Source of the DNA: a virus
Taxonomy: Duplodnaviria; Caudoviricetes
Direction: 5' to 3' (one strand)
IMG/VR virus record: IMGVR_UViG_3300049182_000044
Span: 128,001 to 192,000 of that record
Length of the DNA: 64,000 nucleotides
Position numbers and translations under genes: made by a program. Shown here piece by piece: positions 47,243-56,797 of this stretch. The notes below the pieces were generated by a model, which saw only the letters and a program-made list of their open reading frames with translations, was not told the DNA's origin and did no database searches. Positions within the stretch are counted from its first letter, which is position 1; every line of letters starts with the position of its first letter.

Positions 47243-47743
47243 CTATCGGTGGAATTCGATTTTTTGATCGTCAACTGAGAACGTCTGGGACACCGTAAGA
47301 CGACCATTATCGGTGTAGTTCAAACTCCAGTTACCTGTCTCCGCAGGCCAACACCGAATCAATGTCACAGTCATAATCGGATTGTTCTGCGAATCGAGCA
47401 ACTGAACTTTAATGTCTTTCTTGTAGTGCGAGGGCAGCCTGTACAAGCCTGTCTCGAAATTCTTAACTTCGTTCTTCCAGCCGTCGATCCATTTTACGCA
47501 CGAGGCTTTATCGTCCTCATAGAACGTCATTTGAAACGACGAGATGTCGTGCGGGCCAGGGAAGAAGTCGTACTTGCTTCCCTGGTACACACCCTCACCT
47601 ATGCGGATATTTCTCCACGGTAGGTCCACACCTTCGACAAAGTTACCGGGTAATCCAAATGGCAAGTCCTCCGGGCACACCCATTTGAAGCTAAGCAGTG
47701 GATCGCTGCGTTTAAGGAGATCCTTGATTTGAGTATTTGCCAT
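47243..47743 (-). CDS. Second tail-tube-fold protein (gp19/gp54-like)
   Basis: YKKDI.VQLLD......L..CWP....L.Y....LT.S.TFS.D. Confidence 0.65.
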   Translation of the reverse strand: MANTQIKDLLKRSDPLLSFKWVCPEDLPFGLPGNFVEGVDLPWRNIRIGEGVYQGSKYDFFPGPHDISSFQMTFYEDDKASCVKWIDGWKNEVKNFETGLYRLPSHYKKDIKVQLLDSQNNPIMTVTLIRCWPAETGNWSLNYTDNGRLTVSQTFSVDDQKIEFHR

Positions 47744-47762
47744 CTGAATTTACCCCGAACTA

Positions 47763-48284
47763 TTAGTTGTCTTGACCCTTCAGCGTGTAGTGGTCGAACT
47801 TGAACGTGACGCTGAGAGTAATGAGCGAGGAGCTCGTACCGTTGAAATTGATGTCCGGCACAACCGACGGCCACATATTGTGGATTTCGTACTCACGAAC
47901 AATCGTACCCTTGTTGTCGAAGATCGTGAAGTAGCCGTTACGAGCGTACTCAGCTTTGTACGCGCCGTGCTGGCTCTGGGTCGAGCGGCAGAAGTTGCCC
48001 CATTGTTCCAGCGTAGTCGTGATCTGAGCAGAACGATTCTCAACGTACTCAACCGTCATGTCGTGGTTGAACGTCTTGTTCGATGCGTACTCGAGCGTAT
48101 GACCGAACACCTGAACTTCAACGGCGTTGATGGTCATACCTGGCTTGACAGCGGACTGGCACTGAACGCGCAGCGGTTGCGGGTTACCACCGCCCGGAAC
48201 GTTAGGGATGTCCAGCAAGAAGTTATCCGACAGCATCGGATCGAGAACGCTTGCAGCGACGTCTCCCAGTGTTGGCTTGGGCAT
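47763..48284 (-). CDS. Tail tube protein (gp19-like)
   Basis: Follows sheath; PG.T...VEV...G, WP..V....F......T..VTF.FD. Confidence 0.8.
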   Translation of the reverse strand: MPKPTLGDVAASVLDPMLSDNFLLDIPNVPGGGNPQPLRVQCQSAVKPGMTINAVEVQVFGHTLEYASNKTFNHDMTVEYVENRSAQITTTLEQWGNFCRSTQSQHGAYKAEYARNGYFTIFDNKGTIVREYEIHNMWPSVVPDINFNGTSSSLITLSVTFKFDHYTLKGQDN

Positions 48285-48307
48285 ATTACACCTCCAATAA
48301 AAATTGA

Positions 48308-49873
48308 TTAGTTACTGTTACCGGCCACGAAGCGTGCGCCAGTTTTCTGAATGATTGCGGTCAGATGGATACGCTTCGCCGGCAGTACCGGATCAATGTA
48401 CACATCCATAATCAAGTCGCCATTGGCGATGGTCTCGGGCAGGTTGTTCGACGAATCGCAGATCACACCGAACGAGTACATACCACGCGCGTCCTTGATA
48501 GGCTTGAGGAAGCGAGTAGCGAGCTCCGTGAGCTGTGCTTGCAAGACCGGGTCATTCGGATCGAAGACCGAGTACAGTGCAGCGCGCGACAAGCTCTTTT
48601 CGAGGAACATCATCAGGCGGCGTACTGATACATTCGACAAGGCGGAAGCCATAGTCTGCAAAGTATCTGCACCCCAAATCTTGATGCCTGCACCTTGGAT
48701 CACGCGAGTCGGATTGACCTGATTGTCAACCAGCATGTCACGATCACCTTGATTGTAGACGTGGCGTACACCCAGGACATTCAAGCGACCACGATTCATA
48801 CCTGCAGGAGCAAACCACAGCTCGAACTCCTCGTCGGTACGTGCGTATGCACCAGCGATGTGACCACTCGGCGGAACGTACAAGCGAAGATCGTTGTACT
48901 CGTCGAGGATCAGATAGTCAGGAGCGTACAGAGCTGCATAGGACGAATCAGCCATCAACGTGTTACGACGGTACGCAATGGCGTCCGATACCTTCTGGCT
49001 GAGTGCCGGGGTGTCGAGGATTGCGATACAGTCCATGCGGTCTTCGCAGATCGCTGTCATCTTGCGCTGAATTGCCGGAACAGTGTAACCACCGTTAATC
49101 AGCATGTTCACGTCGATGTGCTCTGGATCGGCATACAGATCCCAGGCGTTAGCGATATCTGAATGCGTTGCCTTTGTGCCGTTCGTGCCGCCTGCGAGGG
49201 AGACCACATTCAGCGCATTGACAAACTGGTGCTTCGGGTTGGCCATAAGACCAGAGTGTTCGTAGTTCTGCTTGATGCGGATCAGCGACGAACGCTTGTT
49301 GATATGCTCTTCGATGTTCAGCTGCACACCGTACCCGTCAACCTTGAAGTCCAGGTGAACGAGGAACGATTCGAGCGCACGGTTGATACCGTTCTGGTAC
49401 ACATCAACGTAGAACGTACCGTCAGCGACCTTGGTGTTCGGGTAGATGTAAACCTTCAAGTCAGAAGTCCATGTGCCTTGGTTTGCACCGTAGACAACGA
49501 ACAGCTCTTCCGGCTTGAACTCGTAAATCGTAGGGTCTGTCATACCCGCGGTGAACGAATCGGACTTGTTCAGCGAGTTCTCAATCGAAACGATTGCGCC
49601 ACCATACAGAGCGTTCGGTGCAACACGAGTCACATACAGGCGGTTACCATGCTCGAGGAATGCAAGAGCGCAGTAGTGCATGAATGACAGTGCCGCATTC
49701 GGCTTACCGAAGGTAGCGAGGAATTGCTTTGTGCTGGTAATGAGAGTACGCTCACCTACTGGCCCTTTCGCACTCTCACCGACGATTGCAGCGATAGAAG
49801 AAGAGGCAGCGGCAACACGCTGGGAAAGGTCAATCTCCCGGACGTAAACTCCAGCGGAGGAATGATTTGCCAT
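48308..49873 (-). CDS. Tail sheath protein (gp18-like)
   Basis: S.GVYVREID, GP......ITS..QF...FG.P, PPSG...G, WFAPAG..RG, VRRL motifs. Confidence 0.92.
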   Translation of the reverse strand: MANHSSAGVYVREIDLSQRVAAASSSIAAIVGESAKGPVGERTLITSTKQFLATFGKPNAALSFMHYCALAFLEHGNRLYVTRVAPNALYGGAIVSIENSLNKSDSFTAGMTDPTIYEFKPEELFVVYGANQGTWTSDLKVYIYPNTKVADGTFYVDVYQNGINRALESFLVHLDFKVDGYGVQLNIEEHINKRSSLIRIKQNYEHSGLMANPKHQFVNALNVVSLAGGTNGTKATHSDIANAWDLYADPEHIDVNMLINGGYTVPAIQRKMTAICEDRMDCIAILDTPALSQKVSDAIAYRRNTLMADSSYAALYAPDYLILDEYNDLRLYVPPSGHIAGAYARTDEEFELWFAPAGMNRGRLNVLGVRHVYNQGDRDMLVDNQVNPTRVIQGAGIKIWGADTLQTMASALSNVSVRRLMMFLEKSLSRAALYSVFDPNDPVLQAQLTELATRFLKPIKDARGMYSFGVICDSSNNLPETIANGDLIMDVYIDPVLPAKRIHLTAIIQKTGARFVAGNSN

Positions 49874-49900
49874 GTTTGCTCCTAAAAAGTTCTACTACGT

Positions 49901-49912
49901 TAAATTACGATT
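49901..49912 (-). promoter_or_regulatory. Candidate late promoter motif AATCGTAATTTA upstream of the sheath gene
   Basis: Recurring motif, 28 nt upstream of the ATG. Confidence 0.4.
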
Positions 49913-49916
49913 TACG

Positions 49917-50288
49917 CTAGGAGTACAAGTACGTTAAGCGTATCATCTTGCCTGCTACGGGAGACTTTACCTCGACCGAATCAAAAGACCCGTGCATGAG
50001 GAACAAGCCGTTGCAAGGGATATCCGAAATAGAGCCACTAGCGTTCGTCAGGGAAAGCAGAACCGGCTCATACGAATAAATAGCGACCACTGACTTGATG
50101 TTGTTCATCAACAGTGTCTGATTCTCAGTGATGTTGTAATCACCACTGATGAAATTCGAGTCACGCGATACCTTCGATGCGACTGCGCCTTTCAGCTGCT
50201 TGGCGCGTAGATGGATATCCGCAACCTCAATCTTGAACTCTGTTACTACCGATTTATCGAGTGGTAAGCTCTTCGTTGCTCGTACCAT
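49917..50288 (-). CDS. Hypothetical protein
   Basis: Coherent ORF in the structural operon. Confidence 0.55.
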   Translation of the reverse strand: MVRATKSLPLDKSVVTEFKIEVADIHLRAKQLKGAVASKVSRDSNFISGDYNITENQTLLMNNIKSVVAIYSYEPVLLSLTNASGSISDIPCNGLFLMHGSFDSVEVKSPVAGKMIRLTYLYS

Positions 50289-50290
50289 GA

Positions 50291-50956
50291 TTAGCCTCGT
50301 CGAATGTCAGTATCGTCCTTCATTATGATCTCCATATTGAGCAGCGGATTGCCTTGATTGACAGCAGCTACGTCTCTGAAGAAACCGGAGTAGGTGTGAA
50401 TAATCAGCTGCGCTGACAGCTCGACACCTGAGGGCGATTGCGTGTTGCTCGTGTCCGCAAGAGGGATCGAAGTGTTTTCAGGGACCTCAATACGAACATC
50501 AAAGCGGATCTTGTCCGTCAGCTTGATCTCGAATGAAAGCCCACCTATCTGAGAAAGCAGCACCAAGGACTCCGCCATAATCATGGCGCGCTCCGGCTTG
50601 TCATCAATGTACTTAAACTCGATACCGATGTTGACCGGGAACATGAAGGCTTTACGCGCAGTTGCTTTCGTAGCTCCATCTGTCCCAGCGTGCAAGCCTA
50701 GACGTTGCATCACACGATTGTTGTTCTGATCTTTAACACCTATCAGTTCCGACATTGAGAGATACGCATATGGGAACTGTGGCTTCTGTTGCTGACCAGC
50801 CAGACGGTCGATCTCGCGCTTGATCGTTTCGTCAGTTGCGATTAACATGTTCTTTACTTCGAGTTGCTTCTCAAGCACATTACGCACACCGTGTAACGAC
50901 AGTAGGAGGATGCTCTTTTTCGCAAGCTCTTCAAACAAGCTGTTGTTAAGTGCCAT
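50291..50956 (-). CDS. Putative tail terminator/neck protein (gp15-like)
   Basis: Position before sheath; FP....S..., PVNI.I.F.Y, E motif pattern. Confidence 0.45.
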   Translation of the reverse strand: MALNNSLFEELAKKSILLLSLHGVRNVLEKQLEVKNMLIATDETIKREIDRLAGQQQKPQFPYAYLSMSELIGVKDQNNNRVMQRLGLHAGTDGATKATARKAFMFPVNIGIEFKYIDDKPERAMIMAESLVLLSQIGGLSFEIKLTDKIRFDVRIEVPENTSIPLADTSNTQSPSGVELSAQLIIHTYSGFFRDVAAVNQGNPLLNMEIIMKDDTDIRRG

Positions 50957-51018
50957 AATTTATCCCCAAATGAAGACGGCCCTAGTAGGAATGGTCTTCC
51001 GTACTAGGGCCAGTCAGG

Positions 51019-51567
51019 TTACTGCTTGAGTTTGATAGGAGAACTGATGCCGCTGATTATCAACTTCGGAGTACCTTTGCTCTTGACGGTTGTACCGGAA
51101 TCGCTTGAAATCGAGCTGGGCAGGATGCGTTCACCGCCTTCGTTGGGATCAATGTCGTCCGATTCCGATTCTTCATCGTCTTCATCGTCTTCATCGTCTT
51201 CATCTTCGGACTCATCTTCCTCGTCCTCGGAGTCTTCGTCCATGTCCTCGTCGTCCAGCTCTTCGTCATCCTCGTCTTCATCGTCAGAGCTGAGCGAAAC
51301 GCCTTCAACATCCTCCACCGTCTCTTCCATCGAGGCCGCAATTGCCTTTGCGATCTTCGACATAGGCATCTTCTCGCCTGCGACAGCTTCATCGGGAGCA
51401 TTAAGCTCTTCGCCGTCGATGGTCATCTTGTTCAGAGTTTCGAGGAACTCAGGTGCGTCAGCAGAAGACAGGGCACTGGCGAACAAAGCACCAGCGTTGT
51501 CGAATTGCTTGTTCTCAAATGCCACAGCGGCAAGCAGGAGCAAGTCCCGCGCAGTATTGGTTTTCAT
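51019..51567 (-). CDS. Acidic head-associated protein
   Basis: Poly-Asp/Glu tract following VSLSS. Confidence 0.55.
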   Translation of the reverse strand: MKTNTARDLLLLAAVAFENKQFDNAGALFASALSSADAPEFLETLNKMTIDGEELNAPDEAVAGEKMPMSKIAKAIAASMEETVEDVEGVSLSSDDEDEDDEELDDEDMDEDSEDEEDESEDEDDEDDEDDEESESDDIDPNEGGERILPSSISSDSGTTVKSKGTPKLIISGISSPIKLKQ

Positions 51568-51593
51568 CAAAAACTCCTTCTGGATTCATGTGA

Positions 51594-51764
51594 TTACTTC
51601 TTTAAGGCTTTCCGAAGCGCTGCACGGGCCTTGTCGATACGATGCAACGCTTTGTTACGTCTGTCCTTGTACTCTTGGTGCATCAGCATATTCAGCTTGA
51701 AGTCCGCTTCCACTTTGTCGAGATCATCGAGGGCATTCAGCAATTCGAGGGCGAGATTTTCCAT
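51594..51764 (-). CDS. Small 56-aa helical protein absent from the ORF track
   Basis: ATG 51764 with AAGGA RBS: MENLALELLNALDDLDKVEADFKLNMLMHQEYKDRRNKALHRIDKARAALRKALKK. Confidence 0.55.
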   Translation of the reverse strand: MENLALELLNALDDLDKVEADFKLNMLMHQEYKDRRNKALHRIDKARAALRKALKK

Positions 51765-51772
51765 GACGTTCC

Positions 51773-52129
51773 TTACTGCACACGGCGAGTGAATGGGGCG
51801 TTAGCGAGAGCGTCCATATCCTCAGACGTAAGTTCGCCCTTGAATTCATATTCGGATTCTTCCTCTTCGTCCTCAGCTGCAATCTGCTCTTTCTTCTCGT
51901 CAGTCCGACGAATAGAGATAACGAATAAGCGCAATTCCTCGCCTTCCTCAACTCTCTCAAGAGTAAGTTCGATACCGCTCTTGGTGATAACGAGTGCTGT
52001 ATCTTCCTCGTCCTCAACGTCGAGTGCTTCATCGAACATCTGTGTGACTCGTTCAATATCCGCTGAAGTAGGTTCCCAGTCAGGAGTTCCTACCTTGATG
52101 TGGATAATGTCTCGCTTATTGTCATCCAT
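51773..52129 (-). CDS. Acidic hypothetical protein
   Basis: Likely start MDDNK at 52129; IKVGTPDWEPT motif. Confidence 0.55.
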   Translation of the reverse strand: MDDNKRDIIHIKVGTPDWEPTSADIERVTQMFDEALDVEDEEDTALVITKSGIELTLERVEEGEELRLFVISIRRTDEKKEQIAAEDEEEESEYEFKGELTSEDMDALANAPFTRRVQ

Positions 52130-52184
52130 GCTACCACCTCTCGAACGTAACAGCATTCTTTTAAGCTCAAAAACTTAAAAGAAT

Positions 52185-52205
52185 GCTAGGTGCTCAACAC
52201 CTAGC
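52185..52205 (-). terminator. Rho-independent terminator
   Basis: GCTAGGTG / CACCTAGC stem followed by ATTCTTTT on the - strand. Confidence 0.55.
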
Positions 52206-52213
52206 TGAAGAGA

Positions 52214-52558
52214 TTAGCGTACCCCTCCTGGACCGTACTTTACGAACGTCCACGTCACGTCCGGAGCACAGTGACGCAGTAACTCGTGAGTCTTTCCCGG
52301 CTTCCAGTTCTTGATCGTCTCTTCCCAAATTTTCTTTCCATTCGGGATGGCGGGATCGTTCAAGATTGAAGTACTGCTCCAGGGAAAGTGTCCTCCAGGA
52401 ACTGAGGCGCTAACGCGCATCCCTGAAATAATGTCCTTACGCTTGCTGGAATCCCATTCAAAGTGAAGACGAAATTTCTTTCCGTCTTTCTTTTCGCCTT
52501 CCCATACTTCGGCAACGTTTGAAGAGTTCTCCACGCTTAAACTTATCTTGAGTTTCAT
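52214..52558 (-). CDS. Hypothetical protein
   Basis: ORF beginning MKLKISLS. Confidence 0.55.
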   Translation of the reverse strand: MKLKISLSVENSSNVAEVWEGEKKDGKKFRLHFEWDSSKRKDIISGMRVSASVPGGHFPWSSTSILNDPAIPNGKKIWEETIKNWKPGKTHELLRHCAPDVTWTFVKYGPGGVR

Positions 52559-52611
52559 TTTGGAATCCGTATTTATCTAGGCTTTAGAAAAAAGCATACA
52601 TGAATACGAAC

Positions 52612-52680
52612 AAGGGCGGAGCCCTGAGGCCCCACCCTTGAGGTATTGCGAAATAATGGGAGCGGGATTTGCCCGCCCCG
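52612..52680 (-). terminator. Tandem GC-rich hairpins after the major capsid gene
   Basis: Two stems, 52658-52680 and 52612-52639, downstream of the double TAA stop. Confidence 0.5.
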
Positions 52681-52685
52681 CATTA

Positions 52686-53804
52686 TTAGACGCGCTTGCC
52701 CTTGGAGACCGAACGCGGATTGCCCAGCACGAAGCTGAACATCTCGCTGAGCAGCCAGCCGCGAGTCGTGGTGCCGGTGTCGGCGCCGCTGGTCGGGGTC
52801 GAACGAACGCCACCGCGATCCGTGTAAGCTGCGTGGTTCTCCGGCGAGGAGACAACGTAGATTTCGCCACGGTTCAGGACCTTCTGGTTCGGCTGACGGA
52901 ATGCATCGGTGAGGAGCTGCATACCGATCAGGGTGCCCAGATGGCCGTTCAGTGCCAGGTCGTACTTGGTGACCGGGTCGAGGAACTGTGCGAAGTCCTG
53001 CGAACCGATAACGTCGGACCAGAAGTCGTTGGAGATGATCGCGGTCGTTGCCGGCAGGTTCCAGTCGGAAACGCCTTGACGAATCTGAGCCAGAATCTGG
53101 GTGGTCAGCTGGCCACCGATGTAGTTCAGCGGATTGGTGACGCCAACGGTCATGTCAGCGGCCTTCTTCCACAGGCGATCTTCTGCGACCATGATCGCGT
53201 CCAGACCTTGGTTGTACACGTCTTCCAGGATGTCACCGGAGACTTGTTCGATCTCGAGTTGCTCGACGCGGAGGTTTGCGTTGATCTCGAACTCGTCCGG
53301 TTGGAAGACCTTGTTACGGATCATCTGGTAGCCGACAGCTGCGCTGGAAGTAGCGACAACAGCGACTGCATCCCATGCCGGCATTGCGACACGAGCGATT
53401 TCACCTTGACGCAGGGTCTGGCCGACAGCGATACGACGCAGGAAGCCTTCGCGGTTGCGTTGCTCTTGCAGTTGCATTGCGATGTTGGCGCCGAGAGCTG
53501 CCCAGGACTTGCCCGAGGTGTCATTGTATGCTGCTGCCAGCACTTCACGACGCTCTTGCAGTTCCTTGGTGTACTGTTCGGACGATGCCATTGCGGACTG
53601 ATACTGGGGAACGATTTCGCCTTTCTGGACTTGGCCCATCAGCGCGGTGATCGCTTGCACCAGGTCTTTGCGGTCGTTCGCATTGAACTCACCGGTGGAG
53701 CTGGACAGAGCGAGCGAACGGTCTTTGCCGAAACGCAATTGTTCAATCGGGTCGCCGTTCTTCAGAACGAGTTGCGCACCAGCGAAAGGGTTAGAAGCTT
53801 TCAT
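52686..53804 (-). CDS. Major capsid protein
   Basis: 372 aa with strong codon bias, follows scaffold and decoration genes; HK97-like pattern (R.G..RR...G, EDRLW, GEIYVV); terminators downstream. Confidence 0.75.
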   Translation of the reverse strand: MKASNPFAGAQLVLKNGDPIEQLRFGKDRSLALSSSTGEFNANDRKDLVQAITALMGQVQKGEIVPQYQSAMASSEQYTKELQERREVLAAAYNDTSGKSWAALGANIAMQLQEQRNREGFLRRIAVGQTLRQGEIARVAMPAWDAVAVVATSSAAVGYQMIRNKVFQPDEFEINANLRVEQLEIEQVSGDILEDVYNQGLDAIMVAEDRLWKKAADMTVGVTNPLNYIGGQLTTQILAQIRQGVSDWNLPATTAIISNDFWSDVIGSQDFAQFLDPVTKYDLALNGHLGTLIGMQLLTDAFRQPNQKVLNRGEIYVVSSPENHAAYTDRGGVRSTPTSGADTGTTTRGWLLSEMFSFVLGNPRSVSKGKRV

Positions 53805-53858
53805 GAGTTTCTCCTGTACTTCGATTGTGAAATGTGGTTACGAGATCAGCTGGCGCGA

Positions 53859-54548
53859 TTAAGCAACCTGGATGCTGAGGACCAGGAACGGATTGCTCGC
53901 GTTCGGGGCATTCTTGACCACGACGTTCGGGATGTGGTCAGCTTCGGTACCAACGGTGAACGTACCTGCGGCGCCGAGCTTGGCGTACAGTGCGTCCGAC
54001 CAGTCAGCCGATGCGTCGAACATATTGGTAGCGAACTGTGCGTCTTTGATCGTGCCGATCACGGACTGAGCCGTCGAGGACAGGCCACCAATCGGGGTGT
54101 CGCCGATGACGGTGCGTGCTTCGGTAACGGTCGGTGCGTACAGGAACTGAACGAAAACGTTCTTGCCCTTTTCGCCAGCTGCGAACACGAGGTTGCGGCC
54201 AACGAGTTGTACTTCACCAGCGTTTGCCGGTGCTGCGTTCACGACGGTCTTCTGTGCGCCGCCGACCTTAACCAGCAGTTGGCCAGTGATCGGGGTGCGC
54301 GGCAGTTCCAGAACTTCAGCGGCAGGGACAGCTTGGTCCATAACGAAAGGCAGAGCAGCCGGCGGGCTGTTACGGGACTGGGAAACGCCAGCGAACACTT
54401 CGCCGTCAGCGCCGGACGAAAGGGTTACTTTGGTTTCGCCGTCTTCCTTGGCGTACACCAGGGCCATACCTTCTTCCGACACGATGGTGCCGGACAGGAC
54501 GTTCTCGTGTTTGGAACGAACGATGCGAGTTTCACGAAGTTGCAACAT
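53859..54548 (-). CDS. Head decoration/cement protein
   Basis: Between scaffold and capsid genes, with highly expressed codon usage; beta-rich. Confidence 0.5.
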   Translation of the reverse strand: MLQLRETRIVRSKHENVLSGTIVSEEGMALVYAKEDGETKVTLSSGADGEVFAGVSQSRNSPPAALPFVMDQAVPAAEVLELPRTPITGQLLVKVGGAQKTVVNAAPANAGEVQLVGRNLVFAAGEKGKNVFVQFLYAPTVTEARTVIGDTPIGGLSSTAQSVIGTIKDAQFATNMFDASADWSDALYAKLGAAGTFTVGTEADHIPNVVVKNAPNASNPFLVLSIQVA

Positions 54549-54596
54549 GGTATCTTACTCCTTGATAGGGTATAAGTTGATTGACGAATACAGCTA

Positions 54597-56612
54597 TTAA
54601 CGACGACGACCAAGACCTGCGACTACGCTTGAAATACGTGCGCCGCTGCTCAAGGATTCTTGCTTATCTTCTTGCTGTTCCGGTTCTGCTGTCGTTGTAG
54701 CAGAAGCGGTTACTGTGCCCATACCTGCCAGTCGATCTTCGAGCTGGTTGGAGGTAGAAGACGATTCAGAAGCACCCATGTAGTTCGTGCCCAGGATTGC
54801 CTTTGCGAGGCTCTCTTGAACTTCCAGCGGCTTTGCAACAATGTCGCAAGCCATTGCGAACAACGACTGGTGATACGCGTCTGCCGATTCACGGAACGCA
54901 TTGTGGATAACCACTTCTGCGTTTTTCACGCCGACTGCACTGAGTGCGTCGAACAGTGCGGCCTTGACCGGATTGCCTTTGCCTGGGAAGAAACCACGAT
55001 TCAGGCCGATTGCAGCGGATGCCATTGCCGAAAGCAGGCGCTCGCTGTATTCTTTCTGATCGCGTTCCAGATTGGACTTCGCTTCAGCAACTTGCTCGGC
55101 AACCTTGTCGTTGACGATGGAGCTGACCGAAACGCTGTGCTTGATGCCCTTGAAGCCCATATCGGCGAGAATGTTCTTCACGCCAACATGCTTTGCACCT
55201 GCGATGATCGCATGACCGAAAGCAGCATCGTTGAAGATGTCAGCGTTCTTGCCGGCGTCAGCTGCAGTTGCGATAGCAACAGGAGTACCGTTGTAGAATG
55301 CAGTCCAAGTTGCTTGGCCTGCGATGCTGGAGCTGAAAGAAACGTCCAGAGCTTTGTGAGCATCTTCACCGCCGTCATTCAGGCGTTGCAGCATGTCCAC
55401 TTCGATCTGTTCGACTTCGGTCTGACCAGCCTGAGCCGTTTCAGCGGCCGGGGTCTCAGCAGCGGGAGTAGTGGTTTCAGGAGTGGTCACGGTTTCGCTT
55501 TCAGTTTGAGTTTCGACAGAAGCTTCAGCCGATTCGGTAGCCGGAGTAGCAGCAGCTTCAGGAGCAGCTGTCTCAGTGGTTTCCGTAGTAGCTGCAGCCG
55601 ACGATTCAGACTCTTCGTCTTCATCTTCCTCGTCCTCGCCTTCTTCGTCTTCATCTTCCGGCAGGACTTCCAGATCCGACTCGTCTTCCTCTTCGTCCTC
55701 TTCCTCGGACTCTTCGTCCTCGCATTCGGCCTTGCTACCTGCAGTTGCAGGAGTTGCGGCAGGAGCGGCTTCAGTGGTAGCGGCTTGGGTCTGAGTTTCG
55801 GTTTCTGCGGTTGGCTCTTTCAGAGCGGACTCACATGCTGGGCAGGAGCTCAACGAAGCATCTTCGGAGAGGATATGTGCACCGCACTCGCTGGACGAGC
55901 AAACCAGGTAGTCGACTTCGACGGTCGTGGCTGCCGTAGCGATGCCATGACGTTGCGACTGGTAAATTTCGATAGCTTTGTCTTTCGAGTCAGCTGCGAT
56001 TACCAGCGGAGAAGAATCGTCGTCCTCATCTTCCTCGTCGTCCTCGGACTCATCTTCGTCGTCTTCGGAATCATCTTCCTCGTCGTCTTCGTCTTCGTCC
56101 TCGTCGTCTTCCTCGTCCTCATCCGACTCTTCATCCTCGTCGGACTCTTCGTCTTCATCGGACTCGTCTTCTTCGTCCGACTCGTCTTCCTCCTCTTCTT
56201 CGTCGTCAGCCGACAGCGATGCATGCTTGTCTTCTTCGGATTCATCGGAAGCGATTGCAGTCGTGCAGGACGGGCAATGTTTTACCAAAGTCTCGGAATC
56301 ATATACGATGTGAACACCGCAGCCTGCTTCGCAGCAGAAATGATTGGCTTCGACTTCACCTGCTTTTGCTTCAAACTCGAGGCTGTCAAGAATCGATTCG
56401 TCTTTAACGAGGTCGAGTTCGCCAGTCTGCGGATTGAACATTTCAGGGATTTTGCTGTTGGCGTTAGAGACAAAAGCGAGCGTCTTGCTTTGGTCCACGA
56501 ACGCAGAAACACCCTTGCCCAAAGCCAGCAACCGATAACGGTTAACAGCCTCGTCCTTAGTGCTTCCTACAGCGACAATTCCATGAAACGGTACAGCGTT
56601 GGAATTACGCAT
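54597..56612 (-). CDS. Prohead scaffold/core protein with two Zn-ribbon-like motifs and acidic tracts
   Basis: Poly-D/E tracts, C..C...CPxC duplicated module, C-terminal coiled coil; upstream of capsid genes. Confidence 0.6.
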   Translation of the reverse strand: MRNSNAVPFHGIVAVGSTKDEAVNRYRLLALGKGVSAFVDQSKTLAFVSNANSKIPEMFNPQTGELDLVKDESILDSLEFEAKAGEVEANHFCCEAGCGVHIVYDSETLVKHCPSCTTAIASDESEEDKHASLSADDEEEEEDESDEEDESDEDEESDEDEESDEDEEDDEDEDEDDEEDDSEDDEDESEDDEEDEDDDSSPLVIAADSKDKAIEIYQSQRHGIATAATTVEVDYLVCSSSECGAHILSEDASLSSCPACESALKEPTAETETQTQAATTEAAPAATPATAGSKAECEDEESEEEDEEEDESDLEVLPEDEDEEGEDEEDEDEESESSAAATTETTETAAPEAAATPATESAEASVETQTESETVTTPETTTPAAETPAAETAQAGQTEVEQIEVDMLQRLNDGGEDAHKALDVSFSSSIAGQATWTAFYNGTPVAIATAADAGKNADIFNDAAFGHAIIAGAKHVGVKNILADMGFKGIKHSVSVSSIVNDKVAEQVAEAKSNLERDQKEYSERLLSAMASAAIGLNRGFFPGKGNPVKAALFDALSAVGVKNAEVVIHNAFRESADAYHQSLFAMACDIVAKPLEVQESLAKAILGTNYMGASESSSTSNQLEDRLAGMGTVTASATTTAEPEQQEDKQESLSSGARISSVVAGLGRRR

Positions 56613-56797
56613 AGTCAAACTCCTGTTGGGATTATCAATGACAAAACCTGTATTAAGGTGTCTGCATTAAATTGATATTTTCAAATATTTTGCAAGAAAT
56701 CGTGATTTCCACAGGATCGCGCAAAACACATGAAAACGGTCTTTGAGTAACAAAACCTACAAACTTAAGGCTGGTTTTGTGGTATATTCGGAGTTGG

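Noticed and set aside
47243-48284. Two tube-fold genes as a novelty, or an eCIS/tailocin interpretation
   Set aside because: Tube paralogs are normal in T4-like and related tails, and capsid, scaffold and protease genes are present, so this is a phage.
52638-56675. Long + strand ORFs (645 aa and 671 aa)
   Set aside because: Antisense shadows of the capsid, decoration and scaffold genes caused by strong codon bias; no RBS or recognisable motifs.
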